This document shows positions 1-13,140 of a stretch of DNA of 64,000 nt, in pieces. Position 1 is the first letter of the stretch, and each line of letters begins with the position of its first letter. Origin of the DNA: Macrostomum lignano (taxonomy: Eukaryota). Below the pieces are notes generated by a model. The model was not told the origin of the DNA and ran no database searches. It saw only the letters and a program-made list of their open reading frames with translations. The position numbers and the translations under genes are program-made. The stretch lies in contig NIVC01001317.1 in the NCBI GenBank assembly GCA_002269645.1, positions 198,529 to 262,528 of the forward strand. The letters are read 5' to 3'.

Positions 1-236
1 GTAGTTTGTTATCAGTTATGAGGTAGTTTGTTATCAATTCTGAGGTAGTTTATTGTCAGTTCTGAGGTAGTTTGTTATCAATTCTGAGGTAGTTTGTTAT
101 CAGTTCTGAGGTAGTTTGTTATCAGTTCTGAGGTAGTTTGTTATCAGTTCTGAGGTAGTTTGTTATCAGTTCTGAGGTAGTTTGTTATCAGTTCTGAGGT
201 AGTTTGTTATCAGTTCTGAGGTAGTTTGTTATCAGT
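1..236. repeat. 22-bp tandem repeat (gaggtagtttgttatcagttct), truncated by the window start
   Basis: About 10 near-identical units read directly. Confidence 0.95.
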
Positions 237-1124
237 CCTCGGGTACTTTAGGATTTTTTGGAAGTTTGTAATAAATTTCTGCAAGTTTTCATTTATTAGT
301 CTGTCGGTAGCTTTTTTGATGTTTTTGTATAAACCCATCCATAAAACTAAACACAAACTAAGACAGCACTTGCCGTATAGATAGATCGAAAAACTTTCCC
401 CTAAAAACTCTGGCAATGTGGTTCACCAATTCCACACAGCACTTGACTAGGGGGGTGAGGGGGCCAACCCTAAGCAGACAATGTAATAATGAGCACAATG
501 ACTACACACACACACAGCTACAATAGATTGCCAAGCCCTTGAAAGGGACCCTAGCCCTGAGAGTTTGCTGCCGACTGTACCGGTGTTACGCAATCGAGCG
601 GCACGCCCCCAACCTGCCGGCAACTTCGCTTTTATCTCGCCCTCTATCCGGGAGTTTCTTCCCACTCCCCTCCCCGGTGAAAATAGCCTCATAGCTACAG
701 TGAGATGATGCAGCCGGTGCCCCCGAGAGGCAGGAGACGCGAAGCCGCCGTGCCGCTTGGGTGGCGGCCGATCCGCACTCGAAGAAGCGGTTGTTGCCTC
801 AAACAATGCCACTCCACCGTCTTCTTTAGTGCTTTCATTCTTTCTTCAACCGCCCCTCTTCTTTGCTACTCTAGCCTTGCTGCTTCAAATAATTCAAAAT
901 AACTCCTCTTTTCCTGAAGGACTCTCGCTGCAAAGTAGCCGAAACGTTTGACAGTTTATGGACTCAGCATACAGGGACGCTTAGAAATCTGGCAATCTGG
1001 ACTGGAAGCCAAACTTTCACAATTATTTTACAAATCGCATAGTAAATTATTATCAATAAGGAATATTCACCTGTGTCATGTAAAACGCAGTAATTTTGAA
1101 GCGGTCTATTGAGTTTATCTATTC

Positions 1125-1590
1125 TCAGTCTCGTCTTTTCTCTCCTCTCTCCTCTCTCCTCTCTCCTCTCTCCTCTCTTCTCTCTCCTCTCTTCTCTCTC
1201 CTCTCTCCTCTCTCCTCTCTCCTCTCTCCTCTCTTCTCTCTCCTCTCTCCTGTCTCCTTTCTCCTCTCTCATCTCTCGTTTCTCCTCTCTCCTCTCTCCT
1301 CTCTCCTCTCTCCTCTCTCCTCTCTCCTATCTCCTTTCTCCTCTCTCCTCTCTCCTCTCTCCTCTCTCCTCTCTCCTCTCTCCTTTCTCCTCTCTTCTCT
1401 CTCCTCTCTCCTCTCTCCTCCCTCCTCTCTCCTCTCTCCTCTCTCCTCTCTCCTGTCTCCTTTCTTCTCTCTCCTCTCTCGTTTCTCCTTTCTCCTCTCT
1501 CATCTCTCCTCTCTCCTCTCTCCTTTCTGTTCTCTCTGTTTTCTTTGTTTTCTCTTCTCATTTCTCTCTCCCCCATTCCTCCCCTCCCAC
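1125..1590. repeat. CT-rich low-complexity repeat (ctctc/ctctcct)
   Basis: Pyrimidine-only tract; produces spurious LS/ER ORFs. Confidence 0.95.
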
Positions 1591-2254
1591 CCCCTGGTCT
1601 AATTTCTCCCCAAATCTTTAAAAATCTTTCTCACAGTCTGAAATATTTGTGATTTGAAAAGATCTCTGAATGCATATGGAACTTTATTCTCGTAACTTCA
1701 AAATGCATTTTAGCTTGTGGCCTTCCAGCCTAAGTAACAACGCCGCCCACGCAGTAGAAAAAATGGCTGGGTATTTCTTCTGTCAATAGCGCAAATTTAT
1801 TTCAATTTTGGGACAGCGTTTGACAGGCTGCGAGACAGTCCTATTTGCCAATTGATCGAATTATCAGAAATCCGTAGGTGAAAAAGTGCACGCTGGGATC
1901 GGTAGGACTGACTGACTGACTGCTCATCTATACAGAAGGGAATTCGTTAGGCTCGGGGTTGATTTCTGAGCACTCCGAGACTTCTGTGTCTCAGCTATTA
2001 AAATTTGCAGAAAAAGAAACAAATTTTATTATCATCGGGGCTGCCACCATCCCCCCAGCCCCGGATTAGTCGCGGCCCTGTGGGATAATTAGATCGAGCT
2101 CGGAGGATGCGATATTTTTTAAGGTGACACCGCAATTCCGAACGGGGACGGAATGATGGATAGAGAGAGGGAAACTGCAGATGGGGCTCCTAGGGGAGTC
2201 AGGGGAATTCTTGCAACTGAGGGAAAATGCTCTTTCTCTCGACTCACCCATTAT

Positions 2255-2520
2255 CTGGTCTGTCTAGTCTGTCTCTGGCCTGTCTCTGGTGTGTCTCTGG
2301 TCTGTCTCTGGTGTGTCTCTGGTGTGTCTCTGGTGTGTCTCTGGTGTGTCTCTGGTCTGTCTCTGGTGTGTCTCTGGTGTGTCTCTGGTCTGTCTCTGGT
2401 GTGTCTCTGGTGTGTCTCTGGTGTGTCTCTGGTGTGTCTCTGGTCTGTCTCTGGTGTGTCTCTGGTGTGTCTCTGGTGTGTCTCTGGTGTGTATCTGGTC
2501 TGTCTCTGGTGTGTCTCTGT
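2255..2520. repeat. Short-unit tandem repeat (tctctggtgtg and variants)
   Basis: Direct reading. Confidence 0.9.
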
Positions 2521-3267
2521 CCTCCGACCCCTCATCGCCCTCTATCAAATATCAAAATCTTCTGTTGCTATAAACTCTCAACACTTCGGTATCAATAACA
2601 AAATTACGTTCAACATACGACCAAACTGATAATATTGAAGAATCGGTTCTGGGCTGTGATGACCAGTTAATACTGATGTTCCAGCTTCGTCATTTGCATG
2701 GATTATTGTGGCAGCAGATTAAAAGCCCAGCTGCCCAAATCCCCCCCATCTCTGAAAATTCTCCCAATTATTGTGGGCCATCAATGGTTCCAGCTCACGC
2801 CATGGCTTCAGTTCCGTGACACTCAACTAGGAGTAAAGGGCGGAGAGCTCACGTGGTCGCTGCCGCAGGGCTGAACTCAAATCTCCAACTCACTTGAAAT
2901 CCTTCGCATTATCCCGATAGATGGGGCCACTCGGATTTCCCCCATCCATTCCGACTCGGGGATGGAATTCCATCGCCAGTAACTCTTGCTGTTGGCCAAA
3001 GTAGCCAAGTACCTGAGGCACACGTATGGGTCACGGTTGAACTCAAGCCACAATGGATCCTGCGCGGTTGGTCTGTCTAAAAAATAGAAGATTGAACCGT
3101 TTCGGAACTCTGAAATCACTGAAGAGGGCGTGTCTAAGACGGCGGAGAGGAGGCCAGCGAAAGTGCATATTGTGCAGCTTCTGCATGAAGCGCAGGTTCC
3201 CTCTTTCAAGTGTCATTGAGAACTTTTTTGAACCATTAAAATCTAGACATTTCTGGGAGCCGGTTTT

Positions 3268-3762
3268 TTAAATAGAAAAAGTCACAATGGATATAACAGT
3301 GCTTCTGTTCTTGCGGTTCGTTTGTAATGTTACTAAAATATGAGAACAGTGTTGACGTTTTAGCCAAGTTTGACACAAACAGAATGACGATGATTGAATA
3401 ATTAAAGCAGGTGTGTTATTAGATTGCGTCACAGGCCCCGGCACCGCCTCGACTTCTATTGTGCGACCATGAGAGACCAGACAATAGGGGGTGTCAGTTT
3501 TGACGGGTTCGCAAAATGAATCATAATTTCGGTCTGGGCTGCCTTTAAAAAGACGCATACAACCCGCTGGGCAATGTGTGGCCAAGAAAAAATAATTATT
3601 GGCAGGTGGGCGATTCAACGCTCTGTGTGCCAACAAGAGAAAAATGCTTTTTTGTAGTCTTTGTTGCATCGAAATACTGAATAGCTCAATCTGAATGTGT
3701 GGCCTCAATGCAGTGACAAGAGATTTGAATGCTTTCATTGCTAGATTTGAATAAGAATCCAC
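3268..3762 (-). pseudogene. SWIM zinc-finger-containing ORF remnant, possibly from a MULE/Mutator-type transposase
   Basis: Translation contains FCLCQTWLKRQHCSHILVTL (3340-3381 core), fitting CxC-xn-CxH with the W seen in MULE SWIM fingers. A tandem array lies just upstream; no DDE core recognised. Confidence 0.45.
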
Positions 3763-3779
3763 AGTGTTTAATGAGGTAT

Positions 3780-4330
3780 GATTCCAGGAATAGAGCGGCA
3801 GATTCCAGGAATAGAGCGGCAGATTCCAGGAATAGAGCGGCAGATTCCAGGAATAGAGCGGCAGATTTCAGGAATAGAGCGGCAGATTCCAGGAATAGAG
3901 TGGCAGTTTTCGGGAATAGAGTGGCAGATTCCAGGAATAGAGCGACAGAATCCAGGAATAGAGTGGCACTTTCCAGGAATAGAGTGGCAGTTTCCAGGAA
4001 TAGAGCGGCAGATTCCAGGAATAGAGCGGCAGATTCCAGGAATAGAGCGGCAGATTCCAGGAATAGAGCGGCAGATTTCAGGAATAGAGCGGCAGATTCC
4101 AGGAATAGAGTGGCAGTTTTCGGGAATAGAGTGGCAGATTCCAGGAATAGAGCGACAGAATCCAGGAATAGAGTGGCACTTTCCAGGAATAGAGTGGCAG
4201 TTTCCAGGAATAGAGCGGCAGATTCCAGGAATATAGCGTCAGATTCATGGAATAGAGCGGCAGATTCCAGGAATATAGCGTCAGATTCATGGAATAGAGC
4301 GGCAGATTCCAAGAATAGAGGCAGATTCAG
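3780..4330. repeat. 21-bp minisatellite (attccaggaatagagcggcag) with a 210-bp higher-order period
   Basis: The variant block tggcagttttcggg recurs at 3901 and 4111. Confidence 0.95.
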
Positions 4331-5940
4331 GAGTGGAGAGGCAGATTCAAGGACACCGGGGGAGCGGAGAGGCAGATTTAGGAGCCGAGGCTGTATTCGT
4401 TAGAGTTTTATGCCAGACCTGTTCAGATCTCCCGCGCAGTTGCTCCAGACAGAAACTGATAAGCACAGAAAGTTAATTTGAATCCTGAAGCAGTAATTTC
4501 TACAGAAGCAGACACGTCTTGGCCGACTATGATGCGGTGTGTGTAATCTCTCGAACTCTCAGTTGCTGGGTGGGCCGCGGCTGTGTCTGTATGATAGTGC
4601 AGCAGAAGTTGCACGGGGGACACAGACAGACAATAATGGGCAGTGTACAAGCGTAGTAGGTCTTTGTTGCAGCTCTGCTATCCGCCATGAAATTGGTAAC
4701 CGACGGGGCCCATCCTCGCTAACTTATGCTTGTAAAACCGCCCTCACAGCGGCCCCCTGTTTCCCAGTTGTGCATCCAGTCTTGAGGGAAGCGCTATTCA
4801 TTATTTTATCAGCGAAGGAGAAGAAAGTGGCAGCGGGAAAATGTAAAAAATACTGCAAGAAGAAAAACAGGGAAAAATGCCCTTTGCAACGCGAGAGGTG
4901 TGGCGCGTCGTGAGGGAGAGACTGAGCGGTTCAGAGGGTTGCGCAGTGGGGCAGAACAGAAAGTGAAAAGAAATCAGTGAAATTCCAGAAGCCTCATTAG
5001 TCCTGCCCTTTCTTACCGGCCTCTCTCTCTCTCTCTTATTCTTTCTTTCACCAAAACCAAAAAGTTTCAGAAGTTGCCACACAATTTAAAAAAGGGAAAC
5101 GAGGCAGTTCGGACTCCGGACAGTGTTTTCTGGATTTTGAAGAGAAAAAAATCACTAACTAAAGATTGAAACCGCAGCGGATCGGCTGCTTTATAGTGAA
5201 CTCCGCTGCTGTTGAAGGCCTGCGTTGGGATCTGGCTTGACGGCGAGGTTAGGGCTGACAGGCATTGTGTCAGGGGTGGAGGGAGAGAGGGGGAAGCTGG
5301 CAGTCCTGATGGAGCTTGAAACACAAAACACGACTTGTTGGCAAGGAACAGGACTAAGTGAGAATGTAAAAGTTGGAAAAAAATCTTTCTAAGCCAGGCG
5401 TCTGGCAGAGACATTTCCTTGCCTTCCCCCTTCAAGACTCACTGATCCCGTGCAGCAGACCAAAGAGGACTGGTAGGGGAGTTTCGGGAACTAATAATCC
5501 ACGTACTAACCAGCTAGTTTGCTGCGGCTGTTGCCAATATTGATTTCAGAAACTGGCGCGAAACGCCACCTTGTTTTTGAAGAGAGCAGGCAACAAGGAA
5601 ATTCTCGCTGCTTCACCTATTCCCCCCTATTTTGGCTATAGCAGAACTCTTCGCAACCCTATGGACTCCTGCAGCTCCATTCAGGACTGGGTGGATCAGT
5701 TGTCAACTATCCTTTCTTTCCTTCGCTCTTTCAGCGTTCTGCTAGAAAAAATTTTTCCGGTTTAGAAGGCACTTCTTCGATAACAAAAAAGTTGCACTGT
5801 TAATCCGTCAACAGTGCTCGATACATTGGAACTGTATAGAGAATGAGGACGGCTATTAGCTTGGGCTAAATGGACTAAATACCGATTGGCTAGTGACGTG
5901 CATATACGAGTAAAGGTGGGTGGAGGTCGCTCGCTCGACA

Positions 5941-6250
5941 ATGTACATTCTTTTGAATAATCTCTGCCCCTCTTAACACCAGTCTCACGCCAGAAATTGA
6001 TTGGGGTGAGGGTCGCTCGCGCGACAATGTACATTCTTTTGAATAAACTCTGCCCCTCTTAACACCAGTCTCACGCCAGAAATTGATTGGGGTGAGGGTC
6101 GCTTGTGCTACACTGTACACTCCTTTGAATAATCTCTGTCCCTCTTAACACCAGTCTCACGCCAGAAATTGATTGGGGTGAGGGTCGCTCGCGCGACAAT
6201 GAACATTCTTTTGAATAATCTCTGTCCTTCTTAACACCAGCCTCACGTCG
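5941..6250. repeat. 86-bp tandem duplication, about 3.5 copies
   Basis: atgtacattc begins at 5941 and 6027, with further diverged copies. Confidence 0.9.
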
Positions 6251-6399
6251 GTAATTGATTCGATAGTGACCATTCGTGTGAGAGTGTGCCATCCCAGGAA
6301 TAAATCTGTCGTACAGAACTGGAAACACAGAAAATTCTAACGCAAGCCGACAAGTCTATAATAAAATTTAGTACTTCATCTAAATTGTGGTTCCGCACT

Positions 6400-7150
6400 T
6401 AGTCACTGTGAAATAGCTCGCAGAGACAATATTCCAACCTACACTTACGAATCCTTGATGCACTTTTGATCCTTGATCTATAAACTTAATACCGCGCGGA
6501 TGCCTAGATACTGCAGGACAAGAGGAATGATTCATGCTGTCTGGGCAGCCGGCCGCCAATATAAGGATTCCAAAAATGCAGGAACTGAAATACTTCAAGA
6601 AGATTTTGTGTCTCGTAGATAATACAGACGGAATCCTTGATGCATCGGATTGTTTGTTGCAATTTTTTTACAACTGTTCCGAATTGTTCAGCCATGTCCT
6701 GCCTTCTTCATCATTTCTATTAAAGTGCAGTTGAGGTCACCCAGATCCAGATGACGATATGAAGTTAGAATAATGATAGCATATAGTTAACGAAGTTTTA
6801 CTAACAAGCCACGCGAAATGTGCTTGTGTCTTAAATTAGGTCAAAACTCGCATTTGCACAGCAACTTTTTACCTTGGCTTTTATTGCGCCTTTGGAAAAT
6901 TTATCCAGTACTCGTGCATGGAAGGGGGGCTTTTGAAAATAGTTAGTGAGTGACGATATAGGCGGGTCTAGACCTTGGCAATAAACCATGAATTATCATT
7001 CTGGGCATTTGTTTATTGCCAGAGCCAGGAAGGACAAGGCGGCCATCTGCCCCGCTTCCCGCCATCCCCCACCTCAGCTGGCTTGAATGGCGGAAAATTC
7101 CTGATTTGCTTTCTATAACCGGTTTAATACTTTCCTGACCAACAATGAGC
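6400..7150 (-). mobile_element. Possible heavily decayed non-LTR retrotransposon APE endonuclease fragment
   Basis: Motif-like pieces in shifting frames: LIVGQES, LGDLN (GDLN at 6730-6741), RNDEEGRTWL, NPMHQGFRLYY. Many stops and frameshifts. Confidence 0.25.
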
Positions 7151-8244
7151 AAAGACAACATGCATGCATCCGGGCAATGCATCAGCCAACACTTAGCTAG
7201 CATCTTCCCTGTCCTTTCCTATCTTTTGTCTGCAGCAGATAGCTGGCAAAACTGCATTGCCCATGCAGCGATTGGCTGTGGGGCCAACCCAGCCAATGAC
7301 GGCTGGCCTCAAGCCTTCAACACAGATATAGTAAAGCCGTTTTGCTGTAGGATAGCCCAACTCGTAGGCAGACAAAATTAGAGCATTGGAAAGCAGGCAT
7401 TTTCCTGAATGGTCAGAAGCATTCTTGCGCAGTTATCCAAATTAATACTGGTATTGGACTGGACGGAACGACCGGTTTCTTAGTGAAAGAAATTGAGGTG
7501 AGTAAATTGTCTGCTTATTGAAAGCAAATTAAAGAGATTATTTATCAACTAGCAAAGTTGCAGGACCTTCATGACTGCTTGTTAGCTAGTTTGTAAGACG
7601 AATTGAACGTGCCTGATGCCTTCTCTGAATTAAAAAAAATCATGGTACAAATCTAACGAATCTCAATGCATTTTAAAAAATCCGCTATTATCTCATTGGG
7701 AAAAAACCTGCTTTCCGATTCGATCCCAGCAGCGGCTCGCTAATTGTATTTCGGAGCGAGTTTCGTTTTGCTTTCATTCGCCGATAAAGAGACTCAGGAG
7801 GGAGGGATGCTGGGTTGCGGTTTCTGACACTGATTGACGCTCGGGGGCTGCTCCGGGTTCTGCAATGTTGCGTAATCCTCTGCTGAGACTGGTGGGGGTT
7901 CAGGCCAGTACAGAGAGAGATATCGGACCGAGTCGGCATGGGGAACAGAAGCTCATAAAGAAATCGGAACTTCAAGCTTTTGGAGATATGAATTGGAGGG
8001 CCGGCCCGTGTGTCCACTTTTTGCCTTTCAATCAGCTCTCTGGCCGCTACTGAGGCTAAACTGTCCCCAGGGGGCGAGTCCGGCCGCGGGCACGGGGGAT
8101 TCCTGAGATCCAATTGAGGAGAAAGTTTTTCCTCAATGGGAAAATTTTTGAAGGCATTAGTGATCGTGAGTCAGTTTGGATGTCAAGTTGGGGCCTCTTA
8201 GTCAGCGGATTCTTAGGGTGCGAAAGCATGGCAATACAGAGTCG

Positions 8245-9265
8245 CAGTTCATCCCAGATCCCGCGGACACATTAATTCTAGTAGACACACTTCGTCCAGT
8301 GGACACATTTCATCCCAGATCTAGCAGACCCAGTGGACACATTTCATCCCAGATCTAGCAGACCCAGTGGACACATTTCATCCCAGATCCAGCAGATCCA
8401 GTGGACACATTTCATCCCAGATCCAGAAGATCCAGTGGACACATTTCATCCCAGATCTAGCAGACCCAGTGGACACATTTCATCCCAGATCCAGTGGACA
8501 CATTTCATCCCAGATCCAGCAGATCCAGTGGAAACATTTCATCCCAGATCTAGCAGACCCAGTGGACACATTTCATCCCAGATCCAGCAGATCCAGTGGA
8601 CACATTTCATCCCAGATCCAGAAGATCCAGTGGACACATTTCATCCCAGATCTAGCAGACCCAGTGGACACATTTCATCCCAGATCCAGTGGACACATTT
8701 CATCCCAGATCCAAAAGATCCAGTGGACACATTAATTCTAGTGGACACATTTCATCCCAGATCCAGCAGACCCAGTGGACACATTTCATCCCAGATCCAG
8801 CAGACCCAGTGGACACATTTCATCCCAGATCCAGCAGATCCAGTGGACACATTTCATCCCAGATCCAGAAGATCCAGTGGACACATTTCATCCCAGATCC
8901 AGAAGATCCAGTGGACACATTTCATCCCAGATCTAGCAGACCCAGTGGACACATTTCATCCCAGATCCAGTGGACACATTTCATCCCAGATCCAAAAGAT
9001 CCAGTGGACACATTAATTCTAGTGGACACACTTCGTCCAGTGGACACATTTCATCCCAGATCCAGTGGACACATTTCATTCCAGATCCAGGAGATCCAGT
9101 GGAAACATTTCATCCCAGATCCAGAAGATCCAGTGGACACATTTCATCCCAGATCCAGCAGATCCAGTGGACACATTTCATCCCAGATCCAGTGGACACA
9201 TTTCATCCCAGATCCAGTGGACACATTTCATCCCAGATCCAGCAGATCCAGTGGACACATTGCGT
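8245..9265. repeat. 34-bp minisatellite (cagtggacacatttcatcccagatccagcagatc) with 25-bp variants
   Basis: Units start at 8297 and 8331; mixed unit lengths. Confidence 0.95.
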
Positions 9266-11489
9266 ACCGCAAGTGAGCATATGCAGCTCTTTGGATTAAT
9301 AAAATCGAAAAACTGCATTAAAACCTTCCTTTACAGTAAGATTGTGCACGAATCCCAAATGGGTTCCCCAAAAAGCGCTTTGCACCCACAGTTGCGGCAT
9401 CAGCTCTACTGACTTCTGAGCTCATGTGCTCAGCTTTCTACAGGAAATCCTTCTCTGTCAACTTGTCCCTGATTCACCCGCACCTCAGACGAAACCGTAA
9501 TTTGCCACTTCCTCTTCTCCTGCATTCCCCGGCTCTCTTGGGAGGCTGGCTGGCTGCTGCTGGCACCTCTGGCAGCAACGTGATGGGATTTTATCAGCCT
9601 CTTGTCGCAGTTCTTCCCAATCCTGATGAATTGTCCCTTACGTCTTTTATGCTGTTTCCTACAGAGTCTGTAGATCATGGACCATTAAGTTCACAGGACT
9701 GGAAACCACTAAAAGGGATTAGTTTTGACTTGAACTAGATCTTAGTATTCCAACAGAAAGTTGATGAGCCACGAAACTGTTAATTTGGGATTAGCTATTC
9801 ATCTGTTGCACTAACCGTGTTCAACAATGCTTAACTTACAGATTTCTCTCGGTAAATTTCAGTAGAAATTCCAATAATAGATTGATGATCATCTACTCAA
9901 TTCAGAGCAGGCGAGGGTCTTCAGATTCAGATTTTTCCTAGCACTCCGACTGCAGGGCTGGGATGAGAAACCGGAGACCTCTGTGACTCCATCTACTCAG
10001 CTCTGCAGCTTCGCTTTATCGCAAAAAAACCGTTTTCCTTTGTGCGAGCGAGCACCAGTCAGCACCAGCACCATCTCCCAGACCGACTCGGGTTTCTCAG
10101 CAGAACTGGTCCACGCCCTAGTACCAGACCCCCAGCCCACAATCAATCAGGCAATTTTTTGTTCCAATTTTTTTGCACGCACCGCCAGTTCTCTGACCCC
10201 AGGAAGCTGGGCAGGGGGGGGGGGCTGCGATCCGCTCGTGTTTTCGGTGTAAACAACCTTCTTGCGCACACCGCGGGCGCAACCACTTTAGACAATCCCT
10301 GCCCTCCCTCCCCTCCCCCCGGGCCGCGGAAGTCAACCACCTGCAGATCCCCTGGCTCGCTCTTCATCTCCCTCTCTCACCTGAAGTTTCCTGCATCAGG
10401 CGGGCCCGGCCTCTCTCTCCTACTACAGCAGCCGAGCCTTTTCTCTTTTATTTCCCACCTTCCCGACACGCTGCAATTCTCCAACACTTTTGATGGCTGG
10501 CATTCCTACTAGCTGCATAGCATGAGAGGATTGAAAGGGTACACATGCAGTGTTCAGGTATCTCCCAGTCTGAGGGCAGGGTAGACCTGCTTCAACGCCT
10601 CCCTCCGCGTATTCAATCCCAATCACTCGATCTACTCGTAGGTATTTCGGGGGTCATGCGAGGTGGTTGAATCCATGCCTCAGGTCTTATCGCCCGCTTG
10701 ATAGTTCTCTCCACCCCAGTTGATGAGTAGTCAGGCTAGTAGAATCTGCCCATGTGAAGATCGGTACCTATGAATTATGGAATTGTGCAATGCACTTCCT
10801 GAGATGGTTAGTACTCTTAACTGCAACAAAGAGCCTGGCTTGCCACTCTTACCCCAATCACTGCAATTCGATATTTGAGCAGATTTGTGAGTGCAAATCA
10901 CGGATAGCGTGAAGAAACACTATTTAGCTACACTTGTGGACAGATTTCTATAAAAATTGCACTTTGCTTCTCCCCTGGGGAGGTCAGGAATTCTTCTCAT
11001 GATTCCATCCTCTGTTTTCTGTCTTATCTAATGGAGAAAATGCATCAAAAAGGTTTTTCGGTTGCTGTTTGAGCAGCAAAACCCGTCCCCAGTGAAGATT
11101 GTTGCAAAAGAATTTCCCTTGAAATTGGGCGCCGTCATCATCCTTTCATAAAGGCAGCTCAGGCAGTCTTGTGGAGACAACTCAATGGCTTCCTAAATGT
11201 GAATTCTAGACTGCTAAGCTTGGATCCCTGGCCTGCAATCTGTAATTTTATATCATTAACTCTGTAGCGTTGCTGGCGTTTCTTGGCATCGAGTGTTCTG
11301 TCTCGACTGGGACAATGGCCTGTGCTGTGGCCCCTTTGTGATTGGCTAAACTAATTTGCTTCATCTGCAACACTGCAACAGAAATGAGGCCGATCGATCT
11401 GAAAATCTCGATTATCGTCAATTTCAAATTTTAAAATTATGTTGCACTGATGTCAATGTCTGTCTTGACTACCCGAAATCTCACATGCA

Positions 11490-12100
11490 CTCTCTGACCC
11501 TCTCTAACCCTACTCAACCCTCCCTGACCCTCTCTAACCCTACTCAACCCTCCCTGACCCTCTCTAACCCTACTCAACCCTTCCTGACCCTCTCTAACCC
11601 TACTCAACCCTTCCTGACCCTCTCTAACCCTACTCAACCCTCCCTGACCCTCTCTAACCCTACTCAACCCTTCCTGACCCTCTCTAACCCTACTCAACCC
11701 TTCCTGACCCTCTCTAACCCTACTCAACCCTTCCTGACCCTCTCTAACCCTACTCAACCCTTCCTGACCCTCTCTAACCCTACTCAACCCTTCCTGACCC
11801 TCTCTAACCCTACTCAACCCTTCCTGACCCTCTCTAACCCTACTCAACCCTTCCTGATCCTCTCTAACCCTACTCAACCCTTCCTGACCCTCTCTAACCC
11901 TACTCAACCCTCCCTGACCCACTCTAACCCTACTCAACCCTCGCTGACCCTCTCTAACCCTACTCAACCCTCCCTGACCCACTCTAACCCTACTCAACCC
12001 TCGCTGACCCTCTCTAACCCTACTCAACCCTCCCTGACCCTCTCTAACCCTACTCAACCCTCCCTGACCCTCTCTAACCCTACCCGACCCTCCCTGACCT
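11490..12100. repeat. 30-bp minisatellite made of three diverged 10-mers (actcaaccct-tcctgaccct-ctctaaccct)
   Basis: About 20 units read directly. Confidence 0.95.
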
Positions 12101-13140
12101 TTTCAGACATCTCGGACTGTTTGTAGCCGTTCTCGATTCCTCTCTCACCGCAAGTAAATTTCCCAACTCTCAATTCCCCCCCCGAACCCCAAACCGAACC
12201 CTCCGGCAAAAGTGACGCAATAAAATGCTGGACGCAATAGTCAATTTAAATTCGAGTTTTTGACTATTTCGAATTCGAATACATTATAAAGTGACACGCG
12301 GCCGTTTAACTTATAATAAACACCCTCAGCTATTGAGGGAGCGGGGGGTCGGCAGCCTTATGTTAATCCGGTCAGTCCCCCCGCCTTCTCGAATCAATTC
12401 AAGAAATTGCCTATGAAACCCGGCGACGGGATGATGGATGGGAGGGGGTTAAAATTTGGGATTTCTACTGGGGAACAGTGGGCAGCGGGCTGCTTGAGCA
12501 GTTCCAGTGAGTCTCCGAAGTCAGCTGGTCAACACTTGACTCTCGCCAGCCAATGCAGTAGCATGGGGTCAGAGCCCCCCTTTGCCCTCCACCCCCCCCC
12601 CTCCACAGAGATGCCGTAATCGCCCCCGTGGGGAAAAATATCCCATAGGGAGAGCGCGGCCGTTTTTAACTGCCTAACGAAGCCGGTCGAGCCTCTGGCC
12701 CGAGGAATAAGCGGGGAGGCAGAGGCCGGCGACACGCGCTCAGCTCAGAGTTTTGGGCGTCTAAGAGAATTGAAATCCCACAAGTCTCGAACGGGCTTTG
12801 GCGCCGTCTGCGGAGGGATTCTGCAGCCCCAATTATGCTTATTAGTTTTGCTGGTTTGCCTAGAGTCATTGGCGCGGTTCTTCTTCTAGGGGAGCGGAGA
12901 AAGAAGAATGCATGCACATCGCATGCTTGTCAATGTGCCAGAGGCGCTCTCGGGAGAAATATTGAAATGGAATAAACAGAATAAGCTTTTGAGACCGATC
13001 CTCTGCCCTGCGCTGTCTTCGCTCAGTTCAATCCAATTCAGGGGAGGGCGTTCGCTGCTAAACAGTCCAGGCCCCGTCTATTCCCCGCCCCTGCGGCTCC
13101 CTCCTGCTTTTGCTGAAAGTGGGTGGTCACGTCGGAGACA

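Noticed and set aside
447-951. Short ORFs at the window start
   Set aside because: No recognisable domain or consistent splice model.
5560-5640. RISLLPALFK resembling the RT-proximal RPISLL motif
   Set aside because: No downstream RT motifs follow; likely chance.
9300-11340. Possible decayed retroelement coding sequence on the minus strand
   Set aside because: Many stops and no motif I could recognise with confidence.
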